A DNA stretch of 64,000 bases from Candidatus Latescibacterota bacterium (GTDB taxonomy: Bacteria; Latescibacterota; UBA2968; GCA-2709665). Of the stretch, positions 8,092 through 16,464 are shown one piece after another. The stretch spans positions 3,232,001 through 3,296,000 of the forward strand of contig CBDCOX010000002.1 of the NCBI GenBank assembly GCA_965219995.1, in the 5' to 3' direction. The notes under the pieces were generated by a model. The model did not search any database. It saw only the letters and a program-made list of their open reading frames with translations, and was not told the origin of the DNA. How positions within the stretch are numbered: position 1 is the first letter of the stretch; the number at the start of each line of letters is the position of its first letter. Position numbers and translations under genes: made by a program.

Positions 8092-9609
8092 TTACTCGAA
8101 CGGCTCGAATGCGCCGTCCCGGACGATCAGCACGATGGGATCGTAGACCGCGTCGCCGTCGTCGTTGAACGAGAAGGTGCCCAGAATCGTGTCGACGTCC
8201 CGGGTAGCAGCCATTGCATCCTTTATTGCGCTCGCGTTCGTCGATCCGGCGTTTGCGATCGCATCCGCGAGTATGTTCAGCGAGGCGTACGAAAGCGCGG
8301 CCCACGGACCCGGTTCACTGTCGTGTTCCGCCATATAACTATCAATGAAGGTCTGATTCCCAGGCGTGGAAGCATTGGTTGCCCAACTCGTAATGCTGAT
8401 CACGCGTTCCGCGGCCTCTCCGGCGGCGGCGACTTCAGTCAACGTCATTTCCGGGATAATGATGGGAATATTCGAGGGTATGCCAACTTCACGGGCCTGG
8501 ACCATAATTTGAATCATTTCCGCTGCCAGACACGAAACGAAGAGTGCGTGCGGATTCAGATCTTTGATATTGTTCAACTGGTCCGCGAACGATGTATCTC
8601 CCGTCGCAAAGGTCTCCCGGCCCAGAATCTCAACCTCGCCTTCCACAAGGGAATTGCTTACGGCCTCGTCCAGGCTCCGGGAATAGACGTCGGCGTCGTC
8701 AACCATTGTGGCTACCCTGCTGAACCTCAGTTTCTCCTGCAATTCCTTGACGGCGCCGGGAACCAGCGTACCCACGTTGAGGCCGGAGCGGAAAATATAA
8801 TCGCCGATCGCGCTCAGGCCAACAGCGGTTGAGGTCGAACTGAATGCCAGGACTTCGTTCCGTTGGGCGATCGGGAACACTTCCTTTCCGACGGTGGAAA
8901 TGCCGGGGCCCAGGATGACGTTCACGCCGTCTTCGTTGATGAGTTTGTTGAACGCCGCGGTGGCAGCGTCGACCGTACCTTCCGTATCCTCGACGATAAA
9001 TTCGATACTTGCGCCGCCGAGCCTCGCAGAGTTGTTGATTTCTCCTTGAGCCAACTCAAAGCCTTCCAGCGCCGGCACGCCGTACACGTCCTGAGGACCC
9101 GTAAGCGGCACGGCGACACCAATGGCGATCTTTGCGGGCAGACCGCCTGGCGTCAGCGCGATCGAACCGGTCGCGCTCGCCTTGTCGCCGATTGGCAGTT
9201 CAACTGTCGACTGATACCCGCTGTTGATCGGTATGCTCAACCACGAACCGATCTCGCTTCCGCCACTCATGGCCCGCGCCGCATAGTAGCCCGTTACACC
9301 GGCGCCGCCGATATCCACGTACGCCTTGCCCCGCACGTTGGTCGTTCCGGACCATTTGAAATCGGCCGCCCGACCGGAAACCGAACGCGAGAACTCGACG
9401 GTAGCGCCGCTGACCGGCATGCCGCCGTCCTGCACGTTCGCTACGACCACGGCCCGCATCATTCCGTTCAGGGCCAGCTTGCCCAGGGGTTGGCCGGCGC
9501 CGTCCCCTGCCTCCGGTATCTGCGACGTTGTAAGGCGCTCGCCGCCACAACCCCATATCAGACCTGCGGAAAGCGCAAACAGCAACACACTGCGAACACT
9601 CCGAAACAT
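8092..9609 (-). CDS. Lipoprotein: RSxSGR domain plus PBP1 substrate-binding domain (paralog of 2194-3723)
   Basis: Lipobox IWGC; shares FPIAQRNEV.AFSSTSTA.GLSAIGDYIFR and GDAVYDP with 2194-3723. Confidence 0.87.
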   Translation of the reverse strand: MFRSVRSVLLFALSAGLIWGCGGERLTTSQIPEAGDGAGQPLGKLALNGMMRAVVVANVQDGGMPVSGATVEFSRSVSGRAADFKWSGTTNVRGKAYVDIGGAGVTGYYAARAMSGGSEIGSWLSIPINSGYQSTVELPIGDKASATGSIALTPGGLPAKIAIGVAVPLTGPQDVYGVPALEGFELAQGEINNSARLGGASIEFIVEDTEGTVDAATAAFNKLINEDGVNVILGPGISTVGKEVFPIAQRNEVLAFSSTSTAVGLSAIGDYIFRSGLNVGTLVPGAVKELQEKLRFSRVATMVDDADVYSRSLDEAVSNSLVEGEVEILGRETFATGDTSFADQLNNIKDLNPHALFVSCLAAEMIQIMVQAREVGIPSNIPIIIPEMTLTEVAAAGEAAERVISITSWATNASTPGNQTFIDSYMAEHDSEPGPWAALSYASLNILADAIANAGSTNASAIKDAMAATRDVDTILGTFSFNDDGDAVYDPIVLIVRDGAFEPFE

Positions 9610-9952
9610 AGCGAACCCTCCCGATGTTGTGGGCTACCGGCGAAACAGAGCCAGGAAGCGGCAAACGGCAAGCGCAAGAAACCTACCCGTCCGAATCGGC
9701 CCCCGACTCGTCGACACATTACGTATATAAACAGAATGCCACAACCTGAATATCGAACAACCTGCCGACAGCGTTCGACTGCGCCGCGCTATTTGGCAGT
9801 AATATTGAATATAAGCGCATTTCGCGTGTACACAAGGGCATATTGAAATTTCTTTTTCAATATTGCGGCGGTTTTCCGAATGCGGAAGCCGTCGCGGCGG
9901 CGATTTGACGTCCTCCAGGTCCGGCCTGGACGGTTGCACGGCAGGACCTGTA

Positions 9953-11575
9953 TCAGATGCCGAGGATCCCTCGCGCTGCCTGGCGCGCGTCTTCCAGCGT
10001 TTCGACAACGCGGTGCCTGGGTAGATGTCTCAGGATGCCGAGCGCGTTCAGGGTTCGCGGAACCAGGCCGGACAGACCCATTACAATGCATTCGGTCTGC
10101 TCGCCTTTGGCGATATCCATGAGTTGCCCGATGACCATGGCTGCGCTGTCGTCGAGATAGTTGGCCCCTGAAAAGTCGAAGATGACCACATCGTGGTCTT
10201 TGATGTCCGCGCCAATGACGCCGGCCAGCTTGTGGGAGGATGCGACGGTGAGACTTCCTCTGAGCGCGACCAGACCGACCCGCGCAGAGTACGGACTCAG
10301 CGCGTCGGCGTCCATGTCTTCCTCCTCGGCGAAGAACGCCCGGTCCAGCAGCGGCACGGAGACCACGCTGTCCAGCTCCAGTCGTTCCAGTTGCCGGGCG
10401 TGCACCATTCCGGCGGCGATCAGACCGATTGCCACGGCCGTTACCAGATCGACAAATACCGTGAGTCCAAGCGTAATCATCATGACGATGAGATGCTCCC
10501 GCCGCAGCCGGTGAACGCGGGTAAGAAGACGCCAGTCGACGACATCCCATCCGACCTTTATCAGAATGCCGGCGAGAACCGCATGGGGAATCGGCTCCAC
10601 GTACCGCCCGAGACCCAGCATCAGAAACAGCAGGAGTAACGCGTACAACGCACCGGAGACCGGCGTCACCCCGCCGGCGCGTATATTGGTTACTGTCCCG
10701 GTGGTGGAACCCGCGCCGGGCAGCCCGCCAAACAATCCCGATACCATGTTGCCGATCCCCTGCCCAACGAGTTCCCGGCTCGCGTGGTGCCTCGTGCCGG
10801 TCAGTGAATCGGCAACCAGTGAGGTGAGGAGGCTGTCCACCGAACCGAGAAGCGCGAGGATGAGCGCAGGTTCCAACGCCATCATCAAGAAGGAGACCGT
10901 GGGCAGCGTCAGTTGCAGATCGGGCAATCCCGTGGGTATCCGGCCGATAACCGGTACGTCTTTCAGCCAGAAGACGCCGAGCAGCGTCCCGGCAAGCAGC
11001 GCCAGGAGCGGGCCGGGCAGATATCTTGCGAAGCGTCGCGGCCAAAGCACTCCGACGGCGAGCGCGACCGTGGCGATGGCCAGCGCGTTATAATTGACAT
11101 TGTCCACCGCATCCAACACAGCGCGAATCGTGCCCACGACGCCGCCCGGCGCCGCGGGGGATCCCAGAAACGGCAGGATGTGAATCACCATGATGATGAT
11201 TCCGATCCCCGACATGAACCCGGAGATGACCACGTGCGGCGTATAGGCGACGAATCGGCCGATCCTCGACAAGCCGAGTAGCACCTGCAGCAGACCGGCC
11301 ATGACGACCACTGTCAGGGCTTCTGAAAGGTTGGACGTGTAGCCCGAAACTATGACCACCAGGGCAACCGTCATCGGCGCAGTGGGGCCCGAAATCTGGG
11401 TCCGGGTACCGCCGAATACCGCCGCGAAAAAACCCACCGCGATCGCGCCGTACATCCCCGCCGCCGCGCCCATTCCCGACGCGACGCCCAGGGCCAACGC
11501 CACGGGCAGCGCCACCACGGTTGCCGTGATGCCGCCGAAAATGTCGCCCCGCAGCGCACTCAAGTCATATTTCAT
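9953..11575 (-). CDS. SulP family anion (sulfate/bicarbonate) permease with STAS domain
   Basis: GDIFGGITATVVALPVALALG, ISGPTAPM, ELVGQGIGN; C-terminal STAS motif DFSGANYLDDSA. Confidence 0.92.
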   Translation of the reverse strand: MKYDLSALRGDIFGGITATVVALPVALALGVASGMGAAAGMYGAIAVGFFAAVFGGTRTQISGPTAPMTVALVVIVSGYTSNLSEALTVVVMAGLLQVLLGLSRIGRFVAYTPHVVISGFMSGIGIIIMVIHILPFLGSPAAPGGVVGTIRAVLDAVDNVNYNALAIATVALAVGVLWPRRFARYLPGPLLALLAGTLLGVFWLKDVPVIGRIPTGLPDLQLTLPTVSFLMMALEPALILALLGSVDSLLTSLVADSLTGTRHHASRELVGQGIGNMVSGLFGGLPGAGSTTGTVTNIRAGGVTPVSGALYALLLLFLMLGLGRYVEPIPHAVLAGILIKVGWDVVDWRLLTRVHRLRREHLIVMMITLGLTVFVDLVTAVAIGLIAAGMVHARQLERLELDSVVSVPLLDRAFFAEEEDMDADALSPYSARVGLVALRGSLTVASSHKLAGVIGADIKDHDVVIFDFSGANYLDDSAAMVIGQLMDIAKGEQTECIVMGLSGLVPRTLNALGILRHLPRHRVVETLEDARQAARGILGI

Positions 11576-11609
11576 TGCAACGTTTCCTTCGTGTCCTTTC
11601 GGATCGCAT

Positions 11610-12076
11610 AAAAGCGGTGAGACGGTAGAGAAAAGCGGTGAGACGTAAGAGGGTAGACGGTAGATGATAACGTTACCACAGTGTTTTCAAGCTAACCGTG
11701 CCTGTTTTTTTACCGAAATGGTAACGACAAGAAAGACCATAGGGCACTGATGTCATCTCCCGTCTCACGTCTACCCTCTCACCGCTTTTGACGGGCCGGG
11801 GGGAGAGGTCTGCGTAAATTCGGTGAGACGTAAGAGGGTAGACGGTAGAGGAAGACATTTACAGCAGTGTTTCCCTACAAACCGTGCCTGATTATTTACC
11901 GCTATCGTAACGACAAGAAAAACCATACGGCATTGATTTCACGTCACGTCTACCCCGGAGTTGAAGGGTTGTGGGGAGAGGTCCGCCCGTATCGCTGATA
12001 GATTTCGCCAGTCCATATCGATATCCTGCAGGCACGGTGTCATCATCTCACCTCTCACGTCTTACGTCTCCCCCGG
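11610..12076. repeat. Cluster of composite repeat elements with heptamer-built inverted arms
   Basis: CGGTGAGACGTAAGAGGGTAGACGGTAGA at ~11636 and ~11821 with complementary arms at ~11752-11789 and ~12040-12076; two diverged copies of the internal core. Confidence 0.8.
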
Positions 12077-12107
12077 AGGGGAGGTGCGGGGTGGCGATGT
12101 CCCAGGC

Positions 12108-12135
12108 TTGACAATGCCCCAACATACCGTATCAT
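12108..12135 (+). promoter_or_regulatory. Putative sigma70 promoter
   Basis: TTGACA-16 nt-TATCAT about 40 nt upstream of ATG 12177. Confidence 0.5.
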
Positions 12136-12176
12136 TATTGTTGGACATGATCTTTCAAACCTGAAAGGAAGGACCG

Positions 12177-12833
12177 ATGCTGAGATTCCCCGAAGAACTC
12201 ATGCTCCTGATACTCGACGACGAGAACGGGAGGTTCGCCCGTGTTCCGGACCAGTCCCTGCGTTATGCGCTCGCCGGCGGGGTGCTGATGGACCTGGCGA
12301 TGGAGAACCGCATTGACACCGATCCGAAGCAGCTTGTTCTTGTGGATTCGACTCCCGTAAACGACAGCCTCCTCGATCCGACGCTCGCCGACATCTCGCA
12401 GGCTGAAGAAACACACGACGCGCGCTATTGGGTGGAACGCACCGCCATCAGCAGCGCCGCGGGCATTCGAGAGACGTCTCTGGACCGGCTGGTTGAAAAA
12501 GGAATCCTGGAACGCCGTGACGACCGGTTTCTGTGGGTCTTCCGGTCACGGCGGTATCCCGTCGTGGACGACCAGGCCGAGCGGGAAGTCAAGCTCAGAA
12601 TTATGGAGATCCTGTTCAGCGACCAGATTCCCGACCCTCGCGACGTGGTGATCATCAGCCTTGCGCACGCCTGCAACCTCTTCAGCCAGATATTGTCCGC
12701 CAGGGAACTGGCGCGCGTGGCCCCCCGGATCAACCAGGTGCGGAAGCTCGATCTGATCGGCCAGGCGACGTTCCGGGCGATCACGGAAATTGAACTGTCG
12801 CTCGCTATGGCCGTACAGATGCGTCCGTATTAG
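12177..12833 (+). CDS. GPP34/GOLPH3 (Vps74) family protein
   Basis: EELMLLILDDENG, ALAGGVLMDLAMENRI, LVEKGILER...FLWVF...RYP; RBS AAGGA. Confidence 0.8.
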   Translation: MLRFPEELMLLILDDENGRFARVPDQSLRYALAGGVLMDLAMENRIDTDPKQLVLVDSTPVNDSLLDPTLADISQAEETHDARYWVERTAISSAAGIRETSLDRLVEKGILERRDDRFLWVFRSRRYPVVDDQAEREVKLRIMEILFSDQIPDPRDVVIISLAHACNLFSQILSARELARVAPRINQVRKLDLIGQATFRAITEIELSLAMAVQMRPY

Positions 12834-12872
12834 CGTCCGGTCGGCCCGGTTTCGCAGCCCCGTTCGCCTCCA

Positions 12873-14615
12873 TTACGACGCGTCCTCCACCCGAACGGTA
12901 ACGATGTCCAGATCGTGATACTTCTGGTGGCGCACCGTCGAAGCGTAATGGCGTAACAGCCTGAACGATATTTCATGCTCGTCCAGGATCTCCGGCTGTT
13001 CACTCAGATACGCCAGCCTGTCTTCCAGGTTTTCTCCCGCCGCAGCCGCCAGAAACTCCAGTTCCGCAGTCTCGTCCACTTGCCGGGCGGTGATGACGAG
13101 CAGCCGCCCACCCTCACGCGCACTCTCACCGGCCTGTTCTATCAGAATCGACAGGGTCTCCTCGCCCGCGGCGCACAGCCGGCCGGTTGCCGGCTCCGTC
13201 CAGCCGATACCTGCCCCAAACCCGCGGATGAACTCGTCGATCCCGGGAAGTGATCCGGCGGACAATTCAACCTGGAGGCGCTTCCGGCGGCGGGCCGTCA
13301 ACTCCATGAAAGCGGTCAGCAGGATTGCCGCGAGACCGCCCGCGGTCATCCCGTTTCCAAGCAACGTCCCCCACGTCCCGCCAATCAGATCAGGAAAGAT
13401 CACCTGATTCTGAAAACCCACACCCAGCCAGAACGCCAGTCCGACCACCGTGGCTTTCCGGTGATCGATGCCGTCCTCGACAATCAGCTTCATGCCCTGT
13501 ACGAATAACAGGCCGATCAGCAACGTGACATAGGCAGCTGCGACGGGATTGGGAATGGCGATCACGAGGGCGGTTACTTTGGGGGACAGGGCCAGCAGGA
13601 CGAATATGATCCCAAGATATATCCCGACGCGGCGCGCCGCGACTCCGGTCAGTTCGGCAAGCGATATGCTGGTCGAATAGGTGGTATTGGGAGGTGTGCC
13701 GATGAGGCCGGAGAGCAGATTGCCCATGCCGTCGGCGTTGAGGGCGCCCTGCACCAGGCGGAAGTCGGTTGCACGGGGCCGGCGTCGGGAGACCCGTTGA
13801 ATGGCGACGCCGTCGCCAACGGTCTCGATCGCCCCAACGACCGTGACCACCACAAATGCCGGAAGCAGCGCCCAGAACTCCGCGCTCAGCGAGAGGTCCA
13901 GCCCCGGCCAGGCGTAATTCGGAAAACCGATCCAGGGCGCGTCGACGACAGGACGTACATCGTACAGGCCCAACAGGGCGGCGACCGCGCATCCGACCGC
14001 GATTCCGATCAGCGGCGCCCACAGCCTCAAGGACGCGGGGGCCCGCAGCGCCAGCACGACGAGCGTAACAAACGCCGCACCGGCCGCGACCGGCGGCGCT
14101 GCCGCCGGCGTCCCCTCGGGAACGTCCTTCAACAGTCCGAAAACCACAGGCATCACCGTGACGGCGATCAGCATGATCACGGTTCCGGCGACAACCGGCG
14201 TGATAATCCTGCGAAGCAACGAAAGCTTGGCGGCCAGCGCGAACTGAAATAACGAGGATACTACGATGAGGCTCGCCATCAGGGCCGGACCGCCCTTCAC
14301 CAGTGCGGTAATGCACACGGCGATGAAAGCGCCGGACGTGCCCATGATGAGCACGTGTCCCGCCCCGATGCGTCCAACCCGGACCGCCTGCAGGACCGTA
14401 CTCACGCCGCTGACCACGAGCGCCGCGAAGGCGATCCAGTTCAGGTAGCTGTCCGGTTGACCGGCCGCCCGGCCGATGATCACCGCGCTGAGCACCACCG
14501 GCGCCAGAACCACGACAGCGGCCTGAAAGCCGACGGCGGCGGCAACGGAGTGCGGCGGCCGTTCGTCCGGTTCATACCGAATGGTATCGCTTGCTGCGGT
14601 TTTTTCTTCAGGCAT
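12873..14615 (-). CDS. NCS2 xanthine/uracil permease with extra ~140-aa cytoplasmic C-terminal domain
   Basis: YEPDERPP start, many TM segments, ETVGD, ADGMGN, PNTTYSTSI...TGVAARRVG signature. Confidence 0.88.
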   Translation of the reverse strand: MPEEKTAASDTIRYEPDERPPHSVAAAVGFQAAVVVLAPVVLSAVIIGRAAGQPDSYLNWIAFAALVVSGVSTVLQAVRVGRIGAGHVLIMGTSGAFIAVCITALVKGGPALMASLIVVSSLFQFALAAKLSLLRRIITPVVAGTVIMLIAVTVMPVVFGLLKDVPEGTPAAAPPVAAGAAFVTLVVLALRAPASLRLWAPLIGIAVGCAVAALLGLYDVRPVVDAPWIGFPNYAWPGLDLSLSAEFWALLPAFVVVTVVGAIETVGDGVAIQRVSRRRPRATDFRLVQGALNADGMGNLLSGLIGTPPNTTYSTSISLAELTGVAARRVGIYLGIIFVLLALSPKVTALVIAIPNPVAAAYVTLLIGLLFVQGMKLIVEDGIDHRKATVVGLAFWLGVGFQNQVIFPDLIGGTWGTLLGNGMTAGGLAAILLTAFMELTARRRKRLQVELSAGSLPGIDEFIRGFGAGIGWTEPATGRLCAAGEETLSILIEQAGESAREGGRLLVITARQVDETAELEFLAAAAGENLEDRLAYLSEQPEILDEHEISFRLLRHYASTVRHQKYHDLDIVTVRVEDAS

Positions 14616-14655
14616 TGATCTCTCCCGATCGAGTCGAATTGGTATACTGTCCCGC

Positions 14656-15429
14656 TTACATTCGCCAGACCACGAGCATCTGCGCGATCATTTCGTCCTG
14701 GTCCGCTCCGAGCTTGTTCCGCCAATACTGGAACTCCACGCCGACCATGAACTGGTTGGTTTCGCCGGCCATCGCCTTGCCCACGTCCCACACCAGCTGC
14801 GGCTGCGCCAGAATCGAGCCGTTGACGTCGTCTCCGAATTCGTTGGAACGACCACCGATGTATTCGGCATGCCCCGTGAACGTGAACGATTGCTCGCCCG
14901 CCTCGATGGGCAGCAGCCAGCTGACGTCGAACATGAAGCTGTTGCCGGTCTTCGGAGCGCCGCCGCCGTCCACGCCGGTGTTGTCGTCAATATAGGCCGT
15001 CAGATCCGTATTCAGGAAGACAAATCCCGGCACGTTCCAGGAAGCCCTCACGCCCGGCAGGTATTTCAATACCTTGGCGTCGCCCCCCGCGTTGACGCCG
15101 GCAACCAGGGCGACGTCCCGAATGGGTCCCAGACGCACGTCCTTTCTCGCCAGCTTGCCGAAGCTCAGTGTCGGATACCATTCGGAATAGAAATCTCTGT
15201 CGTTGAAACCGTCGCTGCCGCTGTCGTCAATATAGTCCAGAAAGAAGAAACTGTCGCCCAGCTTCCATCTCGAGGCGTTCTGCACGGTAAACACCAGCGT
15301 CCAGTGGCTGGACCCCGAGAATGGATTCAATTGAGAGCCGTATTGAAGGTGGAACTCCGTCTGCGCGATCGCCGCGGTCGGAAACGCTTGCAGCACAGCC
15401 CACGCAATACCGGCGTATACCGTTTTCAT
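14656..15429 (-). CDS. Tsx/OmpK-like nucleoside-specific outer membrane channel
   Basis: Signal peptide (AIA-Q); GDSFFFLD, YSEWYPTLS, QPQLVWDVG, GVEFQYWRNKLG; lies directly upstream of the NCS2 permease. Confidence 0.7.
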   Translation of the reverse strand: MKTVYAGIAWAVLQAFPTAAIAQTEFHLQYGSQLNPFSGSSHWTLVFTVQNASRWKLGDSFFFLDYIDDSGSDGFNDRDFYSEWYPTLSFGKLARKDVRLGPIRDVALVAGVNAGGDAKVLKYLPGVRASWNVPGFVFLNTDLTAYIDDNTGVDGGGAPKTGNSFMFDVSWLLPIEAGEQSFTFTGHAEYIGGRSNEFGDDVNGSILAQPQLVWDVGKAMAGETNQFMVGVEFQYWRNKLGADQDEMIAQMLVVWRM

Positions 15430-15557
15430 TGCCCTATCCTGTTACGTTATATTGGATGCGCATTTCGAGAGTCTCGCCGACCGGCGTACCAGGCGTCGAC
15501 AATCGAATCGTTTTCCACAAACGAGGCAAAATGTACAAACTCACACAGGAGATCCTT

Positions 15558-16313
15558 ATGCGTATCGTCTGCACCTCGATGACTTGCTGTACGGAATCAG
15601 ACAATCCACGGTCTCATCCGGACAAGGTTGCCTGGGGATACGACGCCGGCAACGGACCCGACGTCTGGGGCCGGCTGAGCCCGGACTTTGCGCTTTGCGC
15701 CGACGGGACGTGCCAGTCTCCCGTCGACCTCCGGGATCCCATTGCGGAACGGCTCCCGCCAATCATCTTCAACTACCGGCCGACAGCGCTGGAAATCGGG
15801 AATACCGGACGCACCGTCCTCGCGACGCCTTCCGTGGAAAACTGGATCGTCATTGCCGGCGAAAAATACAGCCTGCTGCAGTTCCATTACCACGCGCCGT
15901 CCGAACACACGGTGGACGGGAAACCGTTCGACGTGGAGATGCACCTCGTTCACCGGAACGAAGAAGGCGCGCTGGCGGTTATCGGTGTGCTGATCGAGAA
16001 GGGAAAACCGCTCACCGCGTTCGATCGGATTCGAGCGCATCTGCCGCACGCGCCGGGCGAGAATAAACGCATTGACGGCGCCCCTGTCAACATCGGCGAT
16101 CTGCTGCCTCGAAGCAAGCGCTCCTACCGGTATGAAGGTTCCCTGACGACTCCGCCCTGCTCCGAGGGCGTCAGGTGGATTGTGATGGCAACGCCCATCC
16201 AACTCTCAGAGACGCAGATTGGCGCGTTCGAAGACATCGTTCACAAGAATAACCGGCCGGTACAGTCGCTGAACGGCCGCGAGATTTTCGTGGATATCGG
16301 AGACGGGAGTTAA
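15558..16313 (+). CDS. Alpha-class carbonic anhydrase
   Basis: WGY...GP..WG, QSPVDL, QFHYHAPSEH, EMHLVH zinc ligands, YEGSLTTPPCSEGVRW; RBS AGGAG. Confidence 0.93.
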   Translation: MRIVCTSMTCCTESDNPRSHPDKVAWGYDAGNGPDVWGRLSPDFALCADGTCQSPVDLRDPIAERLPPIIFNYRPTALEIGNTGRTVLATPSVENWIVIAGEKYSLLQFHYHAPSEHTVDGKPFDVEMHLVHRNEEGALAVIGVLIEKGKPLTAFDRIRAHLPHAPGENKRIDGAPVNIGDLLPRSKRSYRYEGSLTTPPCSEGVRWIVMATPIQLSETQIGAFEDIVHKNNRPVQSLNGREIFVDIGDGS

Positions 16314-16464
16314 TCGGGGATCGGTAGGATGAAGAAACGGGGGAAGGTCTTCCCGCGGTTCCGACTTCAAATCCGCAGATGCCGGCCTGTGCGGCTTCCT
16401 GCAAGTCCAGACTCCGGAGGCTGCCTGCCGGAATTGCCGTGCCCCAATCCGTCCGCGGTCGCGC

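Noticed and set aside
11610-12076. Possible CRISPR array
   Set aside because: Repeats are degenerate, partly inverted and irregularly spaced with homologous cores; no cas genes.
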